From positions 311,550,001-311,614,000 of the forward strand of contig OZ024743.1 of the NCBI GenBank assembly GCA_964016885.1: a DNA stretch of 64,000 nucleotides, written 5' to 3'. Numbering within the stretch: the first letter of the stretch is position 1; the number at the start of each line of letters is the position of its first letter. Position numbers and translations under genes: made by a program. Shown here piece by piece: positions 1-15,000 of this stretch. The stretch comes from Eledone cirrhosa. Taxonomy: Eukaryota. The notes beneath the pieces are model-generated. The model was not told the DNA's origin, did not search any database, and was given only the letters and a program-made list of their open reading frames with translations.

Positions 1-426
1 CTCTATTAAGCGAATGATTCAGTTGTGTATTATTGCGAGAATGCAAAATATCACAAATCGAATTAAAGCTCTCAACAGAATGGTTAAATATAACAGAGCC
101 ATTCAACAGTCAATATATGTAACTGAAAAAAATCAATAAAATTAACTGTTCAATAGCTAGACTCTGGAGATTAATACAAATATAAATTAGCGAGAATCGT
201 TTTCAGCTCAGGAATTAACGAAAATCAACGTCCGATATGTGTGGCAAGCGCTCAATGAATCATATGAATCAGAGCTACAACATACGTTAAGGGCCAAACA
301 CACTGAGATGATGGTTAAACATATCATCCGCACAGCCAAAATCAAAACGACCAAGTAATTCGGGTCAAACAATAAAAATATATGTGTTGATACTTTCCCG
401 GACCCTGGACTGATGGTAAAATCCAG

Positions 427-467
<41 letters not shown>

Positions 468-1529
468 ACATGGCGGGGCTTCCACAACTTCCATCTAACA
501 AGTTTTAAATGCAAGGTATTGGTCAAACAGTGGCTATAGCAGAAGCTGGCTGCAACATTAGCATCTAACGATTCTGCCGATCCATAAGAAACATAAAATA
601 AAACGACGAAACTTGATTTAAAGTGTATTGGTTTGCAATTTTCTCCTGTTTTTAATACTAAGGATTTGATTAATTCCTTACTGTCATCGTGGAACAAAGA
701 TGGTAACCCACAGCAAACTTGAATCGTTTCGTAACTTGACACGCATCACACTTCAATCTTTTCATAGCGGAATCTATGATAGGCTTCTATCTTTTCTTGG
801 TGATATCCAATAATTTTTCTATTGGCCACACATCAATCACTAAGCCACTGTTTCTTTGGAAATGCCAAGCAAAAGCCCAGTACAAATCACATCAAATGTT
901 TCAAAGTCATTATTTATTCTCTCAGTTTGGGAATTAGTTGAACAATTTATCAAGCTAACTGCGAGTTGAAACAACCAACAGCTCGACCACGATTTATAGT
1001 GGTCTCTTATGTAACATGAGCTCATAAATTTAAGAGTAAGGTAGATTAAATTGAATCCGGTGTATTACTAATAGTTATTTTATCGACCGTAGAAAGACAT
1101 GGGGTTGCGTCAACCTCGTAAAATATTATGAAAAGTGTTTAGTCTAGCGCTCTACTGATTTCAACAACCGCACTCACTCTTACGCTCCATAAGGTGCATT
1201 GGCAGACTTGTTAAAGCATTCGACAAATGCGTTGTGGCATTTCTTATGGCTGTCAGCGTTCTGAGTTCAAATCCCATTCTGCTCAGTCATTTATCCAGTA
1301 CTTGGTCGATTTAATTGCTTACCTCCCTCTTCAAATTGCTGACCTTGTGCCTGAATCAAAGACCAACAATTGTGGAGTGACAGAATTGTTAGGGTGACAG
1401 GCACAATGACTTAGAGTATTTCGTTACGGCAGTTTGCTTGCTGAGTTCTACTTAGATTTTCATGCCCCAGAATCGATAATATAAGTATGGGATCGATCGA
1501 CAAGATCTTAAGCCTCATTTACATACAGA

Positions 1530-2875
1530 ATGGGGTGGAACTTGTGGTGGTGTTGGTGCTGGTGGTGTGTTGTTGGTTGTGGTTGTGGTGCTAGTGGTGG
1601 TGGCGGTTGTGGTGCTGGTGCTGGTGGTGGTGGTGGTGGTGGTGGTGGTGCTAGTGGTGGTGGCAGTTGTGATTGTGGTGCTAGTGGTGGTGGTGGTGGG
1701 GCTAGTGGTAGTGGCGGTTGTGATTGTGGGGGTGTTGTTGGTGGTGGTTGTGTTGGTGGTTGTGGTGTTGGTGGTGGTGGTGGTTGTGGTTGTGGTGCTG
1801 GTGTTGGTGGTTGTGGTGCTAGTGGTGGTGGTGGTGTTGGTGGTTGTGGTGCTAGTGGTGGTGGTGGTGTTGGTGGTTGTGGTTGTGGTGCTAGTGGTGG
1901 TGTTGGTGGTTGTGATTGTGGTGTTAGTGGTGGTGTTGGTGGTTGTGGTGGTGGTGCCACTGGTAGTGGCGGTTGTGATTGTGGAGCTAGTGGTGACGTT
2001 GGTGGTGGCGGTTGTGGTGGTGTTGATGGTTGTGGTGGTTGTGGTGCTAGTGGCGGTGGTGGTGGTGGCGGTTGTGGTGGTGTTGGTGGTGGTGGTGTTG
2101 GTGGTTATGATTGTGGTGCTAGTGGTGGTGGTGGTAGTGGCGGTTGTGGTGGTGTTGGTGGTGTTGGTGTTGGTGGTTATGATTGTGGTGCTAGTGGTGG
2201 TGGTGGTAGTGGCGGTTGTGGTGGTGTTGGTGGTGTTGGTGGTTGTGGTGCTAGTGGTGGTGTTCGTCATGGTTGTGTTGGTAGTTGTGATGTTGGTGGT
2301 AGTGTTGGTGGCTGTGGTTCTGGTGCTAGTGGTGATGTTAGTGGTTGTGGTTCTAGTGGTGGTTAGTGGTTGTGGTGCTAGTGGTGGTGGTGGTGGTGGT
2401 GGTGGTGGTGGTGGTGCTAGTGGTGATGGTGGTGGTGGTTGTGGTTGTGGTGGTGGTGGTGTTGATGGTGGTGGTTGTGGAGATTGTGGTGCTAGTGGTG
2501 GTGGTGGTGTTGTGGTTGTGGTGCTAATGGTGGTGTTGGTGGTTGTGGTTGTGGTGCTAGTAGTGGTGTTGGTGGTGCTTGTGGTGCTAATGGTGGTGGT
2601 GGTGGTGGTGGTGGTGGTGGTGGTGGTGGTGGTGGTTGTGGTGGTGGTGGTGGTTGTGTTGGTGGTTGTGGTGATAATGGTGGTGTTGGTGGTTGTGGCT
2701 GTGGTGGTGGTGTTGGTGCTTATGGTGGTGGTGGTGTCGGTGCTTGTGGTGCTAGTGGTGGTGGTGGTGTTGGTGGTTGAGGTTGTGGTGCTAGTGGTGG
2801 TGGCGGTTGCGATTGTGGTGGTAGTGGTGGTGGTGCTGGTGGTGCTGGTGGTGGTGTTGGTGGTTGGGATTGTGG
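1530..2875. repeat. Degenerate (GGT)n-derived trinucleotide low-complexity tract
   Basis: Runs of GGT interspersed with TGT, GTT and GCTAGT; yields poly-Gly/Val/Thr/Pro ORFs in several frames. Confidence 0.9.
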
Positions 2876-3052
2876 GTTATCTAAAGCAGGATATTAGAGG
2901 TCCTGATGGTGGTGATATTTACAGAGAAACATAACGACTTTTCCAGCTTGTTTTGGTCCCATTCCAATGACAACAGCCACCGCCCACACTTTCTTTACTA
3001 AACAGACATGAGAAGACACCGAATCGAAACACTGACGTTTTACAGGATGTAT

Positions 3053-6000
3053 TTGTCTGTTTGTCTGTCACTCTGTCTGTCTGTATGCCCGGTTGGTTGG
3101 CTGGCAGGCTAGATGATGGGATGGATAGATAGATGGCTATCTGTCTGGCTGGTTGGCTGGCTGGCTGGCTGGCTGGTTGGCTGGCTGGCTGTATGTTCGG
3201 CTGGATGGTTGGCTGGATGGGTGGTTGCTTGGCTATATGTATGGCTGGTTGGCTGGCTGTTTGTCCGGCTGGCTAGTTGGTTATTTATCTGTCTGTCTGT
3301 ATGCCCGGCTTCTTGGCCGGATGGATGGTTGGCTGATTATGTCTCTGTCTGTATGCCCGGCTTCTTGCCTGGCTGGATGGATGGTTGGCTGTTTATCTCT
3401 CTGTCTGTATGCCCGGCTTCTTGCCTGGCTGGATGGATGGTTGGCTGTTTATCTCTCTGTCTGTATGCCCGGCTTCTTGGCTGGCTGTTTGTCTCTCTGT
3501 CTGTATGCCCGGCTTCTTGGCCGGATGGATGGTTGGCTGATTATGTCTCTGTCTGTATGCCCGGCTTCTTGGCCGGATGGATGGTTGGCTGATTATCTCT
3601 CTGTCTGTATGCCCGGTTTATTGGCTGGATGGATGGTTGGCTGTTTATCTCTCTGTCTGTATGCCCGGTTTATTGGCTGGATGGATGGTTGGCTGTTTAT
3701 CTCTCTGTCTGTATGCCCGGCTTCTCGGCTGGATGGATGGTTGGCTGATTATCTCTCTGTCTGTATGCCCGGTTTATTGGCTGGATGGATGGTTGGCTGT
3801 TTATCTCTCTGGCTGTATGCCCGGCTTCTTGGCTGGATGGCTGGATGGTGGATGTTTATCTCTCTGTCTGTATGTTCCGCTTCTTGGCTGGATGGATGGT
3901 TGGCTGTTTATCTCTCTGTCTGTATGTTCCGCTTCTCGGCTGGCTGGATGGTTGGCTGATTATCTCTCTGGCTGTATGCCCGGCTTCTTGGCTGGATGGC
4001 TGGATGGTGGATGTTTATCTCTCTGTCTGTATGCCCGGCTTCTTGGCTGGATGGATGGTTGGCTGATTATCTCTCTGGCTGTATGTTCGGCTTCTTGGCT
4101 GGATGGATGGTTGGCTGATTATCTCCCTGTCTGTATGCCCGGTTTATTGGCTGGCTGGATGGTTGGCTGTTTATCTGTCTGTCTGTATGTTCCGCTTCTT
4201 GGCTGGATGGATGGTTGGCTGTTTATCTCTCTGTCTGTATGCCCGACTTCTTGGCTGGATGGATGGTTGGCTGATTATCTCTCTGTCTGTATGCCCGGTT
4301 TATTGGCTGGATGGATGGTTTGCTGTTTATCTCTGTCTGTATGTTCCGCTTCTTGGCTGGATGGATGGTTGGCTGTTTATCTCTCTGTCTGTATGCCCGG
4401 CTTCTTGGCTGGCTGGCTGGATGGTTGGCTGTTTATCTCTCTGTCTGTATGTTCCGCTTCTTGGCTGGATGGATGGTTGGCTGTTTATCTCTCTGTCTGT
4501 ATGCCCGGTTTATTGGCTGGATGGATGGTTGGCTGTTTATCTCTGTCTGTATGCCCGGTTTATTGGCTGGATGGTTGGTTGGCTGTTTATCTGTCTGTCT
4601 GTATGTTCCGCTTCTTGGCTGGATGGATGGTTGGCTGTTTATCTCTCTGTCTGTATGCCCGACTTCTTGGCTGGATGGATGGTTTGCTGTTTATCTCTCT
4701 GTCTGTATGCCCGGCTTCTTGGCTGGATGGATGGTTGGCTGATTATCTCTCTGTCTGTATGTTCCGCTTCTTGGCTGGATGGATGGTTGGCTGTTTATCT
4801 CTCTGTCTGTATGCCCGGTTTATTGGCTGGATGGATGGTTTGCTGTTTATCTCTGTCTGTATGCCCGGTTTATTGGCTGGATGGATGGTTGGCTGTTTAT
4901 CTCTCTGTCTGTATGCCCGACTTCTTGGCTGGATGGATGGTTGGCTGATTATCTCTCTGTCTGTATGCCCGGTTTATTGGCTGGATGGATGGTTTGCTGT
5001 TTATCTCTGTCTGTATGCCCGGTTTATTGGCTGGATGGATGGTTGGCTGTTTATCTGTCTGTCTGTATGTTCCGCTTCTTGGCTGGATGGATGGTTGGCT
5101 GTTTATCTCTCTGTCTGTATGCCCGACTTCTTGGCTGGATGGATGGTTTGCTGTTTATCTCTCTGTCTGTATGCCCGGCTTCTTGGCTGGATGGATGGTT
5201 GGCTGATTATCTCTCTGTCTGTATGCCCGGTTTATTGGCTGGATGGATGGTTTGCTGTTTATCTCTGTCTGTATGCCCGGTTTATTGGCTGGATGGATGG
5301 TTGGCTGTTTATCTCTCTGTCTGTATGCCCGACTTCTTGGCTGGATGGATGGTTGGCTGTTTATCTGTCTGTCTGTATGTTCCGCTTCTTGGCTGGATGG
5401 ATGGTTGGCTGTTTATCTCTCTGTCTGTATGCCCGGTTTATTGGCTGGATGGATGGTTTGCTGTTTATCTCTGTCTGTATGCCCGGTTTATTGGCTGGAT
5501 GGATGGTTTGCTGTTTATCTCTGTCTGTATGTTCCGCTTCTTGGCTGGATGGATGGTTGGCTGTTTATCTCTCTGTCTGTATGCCCGACTTCTTGGCTGG
5601 ATGGATGGTTTGCTGTTTATCTCTCTGTCTGTATGCCCGACTTCTTGGCTGGATGGATGGTTGGCTGTTTATCTGTCTGTCTGTATGTTCCGCTTCTTGG
5701 CTGGATGGATGGTTGGCTGTTTATCTCTCTGTCTGTATGCCCGACTTCTTGGCTGGATGGATGGTTTGCTGTTTATCTCTGTCTGTATGCCCGGTTTATT
5801 GGCTGGATGGATGGTTGGCTGTTTATCTGTCTGTCTGTATGTTCCGCTTCTTGGCTGGATGGATGGTTGGCTGTTTATCTCTCTGTCTGTATGCCCGACT
5901 TCTTGGCTGGATGGATGGTTTGCTGTTTATCTCTCTGTCTGTATGCCCGACTTCTTGGCTGGATGGATGGTTGGCTGTTTATCTGTCTGTCTGTATGTTC

Positions 6001-9000
6001 CGCTTCTTGGCTGGATGGATGGTTGGCTGTTTATCTCTCTGTCTGTATGCCCGACTTCTTGGCTGGATGGATGGTTTGCTGTTTATCTCTGTCTGTATGC
6101 CCGGTTTATTGGCTGGATGGATGGTTGGCTGTTTATCTGTCTGTCTGTATGTTCCGCTTCTTGGCTGGATGGATGGTTGGCTGTTTATCTCTCTGTCTGT
6201 ATGCCCGACTTCTTGGCTGGATGGATGGTTTGCTGTTTATCTCTCTGTCTGTATGCCCGACTTCTTGGCTGGATGGATGGTTGGCTGTTTATCTGTCTGT
6301 CTGTATGTTCCGCTTCTTGGCTGGATGGATGGTTGGCTGTTTATCTCTCTGTCTGTATGCCCGACTTCTTGGCTGGATGGATGGTTTGCTGTTTATCTCT
6401 GTCTGTATGCCCGGTTTATTGGCTGGATGGATGGTTGGCTGTTTATCTGTCTGTCTGTATGTTCCGCTTCTTGGCTGGATGGATGGTTGGCTGTTTATCT
6501 CTCTGTCTGTATGCCCGACTTCTTGGCTGGATGGATGGTTTGCTGTTTATCTCTCTGTCTGTATGCCCGACTTCTTGGCTGGATGGATGGTTGGCTGTTT
6601 ATCTGTCTGTCTGTATGTTCCGCTTCTTGGCTGGATGGATGGTTGGCTGTTTATCTCTCTGTCTGTATGCCCGGTTTATTGGCTGGATGGATGGTTTGCT
6701 GTTTATCTCTGTCTGTATGCCCGGTTTATTGGCTGGATGGATGGTTGGCTGTTTATCTGTCTGTCTGTATGTTCCGCTTCTTGGCTGGATGGATGGTTGG
6801 CTGTTTATCTCTCTGTCTGTATGCCCGACTTCTTGGCTGGATGGATGGTTGGCTGTTTATCTCTCTGTCTGTATGCCCGGCTTCTTGGCTGGATGGATGG
6901 TTGGCTGATTATCTCTCTGTCTGTATGCCCGGTTTATTGGCTGGATGGATGGTTTGCTGTTTATCTCTGTCTGTATGCCCGGTTTATTGGCTGGATGGAT
7001 GGTTGGCTGTTTATCTGTCTGTCTGTATGTTCCGCTTCTTGGCTGGATGGATGGTTGGCTGTTTATCTGTCTGTCTGTATGTTCCGCTTCTTGGCTGGAT
7101 GGATGGTTGGCTGTTTATCTCTCTGTCTGTATGCCCGGTTTATTGGCTGGATGGATGGTTTGCTGTTTATCTCTGTCTGTATGCCCGGTTTATTGGCTGG
7201 ATGGATGGTTGGCTGTTTATCTGTCTGTCTGTATGTTCCGCTTCTTGGCTGGATGGATGGTTGGCTGTTTATCTGTCTGTCTGTATGTTCCGCTTCTTGG
7301 CTGGATGGATGGTTGGCTGTTTATCTCTCTGTCTGTATGCCCGGTTTATTGGCTGGATGGATGGTTTGCTGTTTATCTCTGTCTGTATGCCCGGTTTATT
7401 GGCTGGATGGATGGTTGGCTGTTTATCTGTCTGTATGTTCCGCTTATTGGCTGGATGGATGGTTGGCTGTTTATCTCTCTGTCTGTATGCCCGACTTCTT
7501 GGCTGGATGGATGGTTGGCTGTTTATCTCTCTGTCTGTATGCCCGACTTCTTGGCTGGATGGATGGTTGGCTGTTTATCTGTCTGTCTGTATGTTCCGCT
7601 TCTTGGCTGGATGGATGGTTGGCTGTTTATCTCTCTGTCTGTATGCCCGGCTTCTTGGCTGGCTGGCTGGATGGTTGGCTGTTTATCTCTCTGTCTGTAT
7701 TCCCGGCTTCTTGGCTGGCTGGCTGGATGGTTGGCTGTTTATCTCTCTGTCTGTATGTTCGGCTTCTTGGCTGGCTGGCTGGATGGTTGGCTGATTATCT
7801 CTCTGTCTGTATGTTCGGCTTCTTGGCTGGCTGGCTGGATGGTTGGCTGTTTATCTCTCTGTCTGTATGTCCGGTTTATTGGCTGGATGGATGGTTGGCT
7901 GTTTATCTCTCTGTCTGTATGCCCGGCTTCTTGGCTGGCTGGCTGGATGGTTGGCTGTTTATCTCTCTGTCTGTATGTTCCGCTTCTTGGCTGGCTGGAT
8001 GGTTGGCTGTTTATCTCTCTGTCTGTATGCCCGGCTTCTTGGCTGGCTGGCTGGATGGTTGGCTGTTTATCTCTCTGTCTGTATGTTCGGCTTCTTGGCT
8101 GGCTGGCTGGATGGTTGGCTGATTATCTCTCTGTCTGTATGTCCGGTTTATTGGCTGGATGGATGGTTGGCTGTTTATCTCTCTGTCTGTATGCCCGGCT
8201 TCTTGGCTGGCTGGCTGGATGGTTGGCTGTTTATCTCTCTGTCTGTATGTTCGGCTTCTTGGCTGGCTGGCTGGATGGTTGGCTGATTATCTCTCTGTCT
8301 GTATGCCCGGTTTATTGGCTGGATGGATGGTTGGCTGTTTATCTCTCTGTCTGTATGTTCCGCTTCTTGGCTGGATGGATGGTTGGCTGTTTATCTCTCT
8401 GTCTGTATGCCCGGCTTCTTGGCTGGCTGGCTGGATGGTTGGCTGTTTATCTCTCTGTCTGTATGTTCCGCTTCTTGGCTGGCTGGATGGTTGGCTGTTT
8501 ATCTCTCTGTCTGTATGTTCCGCTTCTTGGCTGGATGGATGGTTGGCTGTTTATCTCTCTGTCTGTATGTTCCGCTTCTTGGCTGGATGGATGGTTGGCT
8601 GTTTATCTCTCTGTCTGTATGCCCGGCTTCTTGGCTGGCTGGATGGATGGTTGGCTGTTTATCTCTCTGTCTGTATGTTCCGCTTCTTGGCTGGATGGAT
8701 GGTTGGCTGTTTATCTCTCTGTCTGTATGTTCCGCTTCTTGGCTGGATGGATGGTTGGCTGTTTATCTCTCTGTCTGTATGTTCCGCTTCTTGGCTGGAT
8801 GGATGGTTGGCTGTTTATCTCTCTGTCTGTATGCCCGGCTTCTTGGCTGGCTGGCTGGATGGTTGGCTGTTTATCTCTCTGTCTGTATGTTCCGCTTCTT
8901 GGCTGGATGGATGGTTGGCTGTTTATCTCTCTGTCTGTATGCCCGGCTTCTTGGCTGGCTGGCTGGATGGTTGGCTGTTTATCTCTCTGTCTGTATGTTC

Positions 9001-12000
9001 CGCTTCTTGGCTGGATGGATGGTTGGCTGTTTATCTCTCTGTCTGTATGTTCCGCTTCTTGGCTGGCTGGCTGGATGGTTGGCTGATTATCTCTCTGTCT
9101 GTATGCCCGGTTTATTGGCTGGATGGATGGTTGGCTGTTTATCTCTCTGTCTGTATGTTCCGCTTCTTGGCTGGATGGATGGTTGGCTGTTTATCTCTCT
9201 GTCTGTATGCCCGGCTTCTTGGCTGGCTGGCTGGATGGTTGGCTGTTTATCTCTCTGTCTGTGTGTTCCGCTTCTTGGCTGGATGGATGGTTGGCTGTTT
9301 ATCTCTCTGTCTGTATGTTCCGCTTCTTGGCTGGCTGGCTGGATGGTTGGCTGATTATCTCTCTGTCTGTATGCCCGGTTTATTGGCTGGATGGATGGTT
9401 GGCTGTTTATCTCTCTGTCTGTATGTTCCGCTTCTTGGCTGGATGGATGGTTGGCTGTTTATCTCTCTGTCTGTATGCCCGGCTTCTTGGCTGGCTGGCT
9501 GGATGGTTGGCTGTTTATCTCTCTGTCTGTATGTTCCGCTTCTCGGCTGGCTGGATGGTTGGCTGTTTATCTCTCTGTCTGTATGCCCGGCTTCTTGGCT
9601 GGCTGGCTGGATGGTTGGCTGTTTATCTCTCTGTCTGTATGCCCGGCTTCTTGGCTGGCTGGCTGGATGGTTGGCTGTTTATCTCTCTGTCTGTATGTTC
9701 CGCTTCTCGGCTGGCTGGATGGTTGGCTGTTTATCTCTCTGTCTGTATGCCCGGCTTCTTGGCTGGCTGGCTGGATGGTTGGCTGTTTATCTCTCTGTCT
9801 GTATGCCCGGCTTCTTGGCTGGCTGGCTGGATGGTTGGCTGTTTATCTCTCTGTCTGTATGCCCGGCTTCTTGGCTGGCTGGATGGATGGTTGGCTGTTT
9901 ATCTCTCTGTCTGTATGTTCCGCTTCTTGGCTGGCTGGATGGTTGGCTGTTTATCTCTCTGTCTGTAGGTTCCGCTTCTCGGCTGGCTGGATGGTTGGCT
10001 GTTTATCTCTCTGTCTGTATGCCCGGCTTCTTGGCTGGCTGGCTGGATGGTTGGCTGTTTATCTCTCTGTCTGTATGTTCCGCTTCTCGGCTGGCTGGAT
10101 GGTTGGCTGTTTATCTCTCTGTCTGTATGTTCCGCTTCTCGGCTGGCTGGATGGTTGGCTGTTTATCTCTCTGTCTGTATGCCCGGCTTCTTGGCTGGCT
10201 GGCTGGATGGTTGGCTGTTTATCTCTCTGTCTGTATGTTCCGCTTCTCGGCTGGCTGGATGGTTGGCTGTTTATCTCTCTGTCTGTATGCCCGGCTTCTT
10301 GGCTGGCTGGCTGGATGGTGGGCTGTTTATCTCTCTGTCTGTATGTTCCGCTTCTCGGCTGGCTGGATGGTTGGCTGTTTATCTCTCTGTCTGTATGTTC
10401 CGCTTCTCGGCTGGATGGATGGTTGGCTGTTTATCTCTCTGTCTGTATGCCCGGCTTCTTGGCTGGCTGGATGGTGGGCTGTTTATCTCTCTGTCTGTAT
10501 GCCCGGCTTCTTGGCTGGCTGGCTGGATGGTTGGCTGTTTATCTCTCTGTCTGTATGTTCCGCTTCTCGGCTGGCTGGATGGTTGGCTGTTTATCTCTCT
10601 GTCTGTATGCCCGGCTTCTTGGCTGGCTGGCTGGATGGTTGGCTGTTTATCTCTCTGTCTGTATGTTCCGCTTCTCGGCTGGATGGATGGTTGGCTGTTT
10701 ATCTCTCTGTCTGTATGCCCGGCTTCTTGGCTGGCTGGATGGTGGGCTGTTTATCTCTCTGTCTGTATGCCCGGCTTCTTGGCTGGCTGGCTGGATGGTT
10801 GGCTGTTTATCTCTCTGTCTGTATGTTCCGCTTCTCGGCTGGCTGGATGGTTGGCTGTTTATCTCTCTGTCTGTATGCCCGGCTTCTTGGCTGGCTGGCT
10901 GGATGGTTGGCTGTTTATCTCTCTGTCTGTATGTTCCGCTTCTCGGCTGGATGGATGGTTGGCTGTTTATCTCTCTGTCTGTATGCCCGGCTTCTTGGCT
11001 GGCTGGCTGGATGGTGGGCTGTTTATCTCTCTGTCTGTATGTTCCGCTTCTCGGCTGGCTGGATGGTTGGCTGTTTATCTCTCTGTCTGTATGTTCCGCT
11101 TCTCGGCTGGCTGGATGGATGGTTGGCTGTTTATCTCTCTGTCTGTATGTTCCGCTTCTCGGCTGGCTGGATGGTTGGCTGTTTATCTCTCTGTCTGTAT
11201 GCCCGTCTTCTTGGCTGGATGGATGGTTGGCTGTTTATCTCTCTGTCTGTATGTTCCGCTTCTCGGCTGGCTGGATGGTTGGCTGTTTATCTCTCTGTCT
11301 GTATGCCCGTCTTCTTGGCTGGATGGATGGTTGGCTGTTTATCTCTCTGTCTGTATGTTCCGCTTCTCGGCTGGCTGGATGGTTGGCTGTTTATCTCTCT
11401 GTCTGTATGTTCCGCTTCTCGGCTGGCTGGATGGTTGGCTGTTTATCTCTCTGTCTGTATGCCCGGCTTCTTGGCTGGCTGGATGGATGGTTGGCTGTTT
11501 ATCTCTCTGTCTGTATGTTCCGCTTCTCGGCTGGCTGGATGGTTGGCTGTTTATCTCTCTGTCTGTATGCCCGTCTTCTTGGCTGGATGGATGGTTGGCT
11601 GTTTATCTCTCTGTCTGTATGTTCCGCTTCTCGGCTGGCTGGATGGTTGGCTGTTTATCTCTCTGTCTGTATGTTCCGCTTCTCGGCTGGCTGGATGGAT
11701 GGTTGGCTGTTTATCTCTCTGTCTGTATGTTCCGCTTCTCGGCTGGCTGGATGGTTGGCTGTTTATCTCTCTGTCTGTATGCCCGTCTTCTTGGCTGGAT
11801 GGATGGTTGGCTGTTTATCTCTCTGTCTGTATGTTCCGCTTCTCGGCTGGCTGGATGGTTGGCTGTTTATCTCTCTGTCTGTATGCCCGTCTTCTTGGCT
11901 GGATGGATGGTTGGCTGTTTATCTCTCTGTCTGTATGTTCCGCTTCTCGGCTGGCTGGATGGTTGGCTGTTTATCTCTCTGTCTGTATGTTCCGCTTCTC

Positions 12001-15000
12001 GGCTGGCTGGATGGTTGGCTGTTTATCTCTCTGTCTGTATGCCCGGCTTCTTGGCTGGCTGGATGGATGGTTGGCTGTTTATCTCTCTGTCTGTATGTTC
12101 CGCTTCTCGGCTGGCTGGATGGTTGGCTGTTTATCTCTCTGTCTGTATGCCCGTCTTCTTGGCTGGATGGATGGTTGGCTGTTTATCTCTCTGTCTGTAT
12201 GTTCCGCTTCTCGGCTGGCTGGATGGTTGGCTGTTTATCTCTCTGTCTGTATGTTCCGCTTCTCGGCTGGCTGGATGGTTGGCTGTTTATCTCTCTGTCT
12301 GTATGCCCGGCTTCTTGGCTGGCTGGATGGATGGTTGGCTGTTTATCTCTCTGTCTGTATGTTCCGCTTCTTGGCTGGATGGATGGTTGGCTGTTTATCT
12401 CTCTGTCTGTATGTTCCGCTTCTCGGCTGGCTGGATGGTTGGCTGTTTATCTCTCTGTCTGTATGTTCCGCTTCTCGGCTGGCTGGATGGTTGGCTGTTT
12501 ATCTCTCTGTCTGTATGCCCGACTTCTTGGCTGGCTGGATGGATGGTTGGCTGTTTATCTCTCTGTCTGTATGCCCGACTTCTTGGCTGGCTGGCTGGAT
12601 GGTTGGCTGTTTATCTCTCTGTCTGTATGTTCCGCTTCTCGGCTGGCTGGATGGTTGGCTGTTTATCTCTCTGTCTGTATGCCCGGCTTCTTGGCTGGCT
12701 GGCTGGATGGTTGGCTGTTTATCTCTCTGTCTGTATGTTCCGCTTCTCGGCTGGCTGGATGGTTGGCTGTTTATCTCTCTGTCTGTATGCCCGGCTTCTT
12801 GGCTGGCTGGCTGGATGGTTGGCTGTTTATCTCTCTGTCTGTATGCCCGGCTTCTTGGCTGGCTGGCTGGATGGTTGGCTGTTTATCTCTCTGTCTGTAT
12901 GTTCCGCTTCTTGGCTGGATGGATGGTTGGCTGTTTATCTCTCTGTCTGTATGCCCGGCTTCTTGGCTGGCTGGCTGGATGGTTGGCTGTTTATCTCTCT
13001 GTCTGTATGTTCCGCTTCTCGGCTGGCTGGATGGTTGGCTGTTTATCTCTCTGTCTGTATGCCCGGCTTCTTGGCTGGCTGGATGGATGGTTGGCTGTTT
13101 ATCTCTCTGTCTGTATGTTCCGCTTCTTGGCTGGATGGATGGTTGGCTGTTTATCTCTCTGTCTGTATGTTCCGCTTCTCGGCTGGCTGGATGGTTGGCT
13201 GTTTATCTCTCTGTCTGTATGTTCCGCTTCTCGGCTGGCTGGATGGTTGGCTGTTTATCTCTCTGTCTGTATGCCCGACTTCTTGGCTGGCTGGATGGAT
13301 GGTTGGCTGTTTATCTCTCTGTCTGTATGCCCGACTTCTTGGCTGGCTGGCTGGATGGTTGGCTGTTTATCTCTCTGTCTGTATGTTCCGCTTCTCGGCT
13401 GGCTGGATGGTTGGCTGTTTATCTCTCTGTCTGTATGCCCGGCTTCTTGGCTGGCTGGATGGTTGGCTGTTTATCTCTCTGTCTGTATGTTCCGCTTCTT
13501 GGCTGGATGGATGGTTGGCTGTTTATCTCTCTGTCTGTATGTTCCGCTTCTCGGCTGGCTGGATGGTTGGCTGTTTATCTCTCTGTCTGTATGTTCCGCT
13601 TCTTGGCTGGATGGATGGTTGGCTGTTTATCTCTCTGTCTGTATGTTCCGCTTCTCGGCTGGCTGGATGGTTGGCTGTTTATCTCTCTGTCTGTATGTTC
13701 CGCTTCTTGGCTGGATGGATGGTTGGCTGTTTATCTCTCTGTCTGTATGTTCCGCTTCTCGGCTGGCTGGATGGTTGGCTGTTTATCTCTCTGTCTGTAT
13801 GTTCCGCTTCTCGGCTGGCTGGATGGTTGGCTGTTTATCTCTCTGTCTGTATGTTCCGCTTCTCGGCTGGCTGGATGGTTGGCTGTTTATCTCTCTGTCT
13901 GTATGCCCGGCTTCTTGGCTGGCTGGCTGGATGGTTGGCTGTTTATCTCTCTGTCTGTATGTTCCGCTTCTTGGCTGGATGGATGGTTGGCTGTTTATCT
14001 CTCTGTCTGTATGTTCCGCTTCTCGGCTGGCTGGATGGTTGGCTGTTTATCTCTCTGTCTGTATGCCCGGCTTCTTGGCTGGCTGGCTGGATGGTTGGCT
14101 GTTTATCTCTCTGTCTGTATGCCCGGCTTCTTGGCTGGCTGGCTGGATGGTTGGCTGTTTATCTCTCTGTCTGTATGCTATGCTTCTTGGCTGGATGGAT
14201 GGTTGGCTGATTATCTCTCTGTCTGTATGCCCAGCTTCTTGGCTGGATGGATGGTTGGCTGTTTATCTCTCTGTCTGTATGATCGGCTTCTTGGCTGGAT
14301 GGATGGTTGGCTGTTTATCTGTCTGTCTGTATGTTCGGCTTCTTGGCTGGATGGATGGTTGGCTGTTTATCTCTGTCTGTATGTTCCGCTTCTTGGCTGG
14401 ATGGATGGTTGGCTGTTTATCTCTCTGTCTGTATGCTATGCTTCTTGGCTGGATGGATGGTTGGCTGTTTATCTCTCTGTCTGTATGCTATGCTTCTTGG
14501 CTGGATGGATGGTTGGCTGTTTATCTCTCTGTCTGTATGTTCCGCTTCTCGGCTGGCTGGATGGTTGGCTGTTTATCTCTCTGTCTGTATGCCCGGCTTC
14601 TTGGCTGGCTGGCTGGATGGTTGGCTGTTTATCTCTCTGTCTGTATGCCCGGCTTCTTGGCTGGCTGGCTGGATGGTTGGCTGTTTATCTCTCTGTCTGT
14701 ATGCTATGCTTCTTGGCTGGATGGATGGTTGGCTGATTATCTCTCTGTCTGTATGCCCAGCTTCTTGGCTGGATGGATGGTTGGCTGATTATCTCTCTGT
14801 CTGTATGTTCGGCTTCTTGGCTGGATGGATGGTTGGCTGTTTATCTGTCTGTCTGTATGTTCGGCTTCTTGGCTGGATGGATGGTTGGCTGTTTATCTCT
14901 CTGTCTGTATGCTATGCTTCTTGGCTGGATGGATGGTTGGCTGATTATCTCTCTGTCTGTATGCCCAGCTTCTTGGCTGGATGGATGGTTGGCTGATTAT

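Noticed and set aside
470-1025. Minus-strand ORF fragments resembling a decayed gene or transposase
   Set aside because: Interrupted by stops, and I recognise no motif.
1508-2934. Gly/Cys-rich, mucin-like Thr-rich, Pro-rich or poly-Val proteins
   Set aside because: Four frames are open because of the GGT repeat; no signal peptide or splice support. A real exon cannot be fully excluded.
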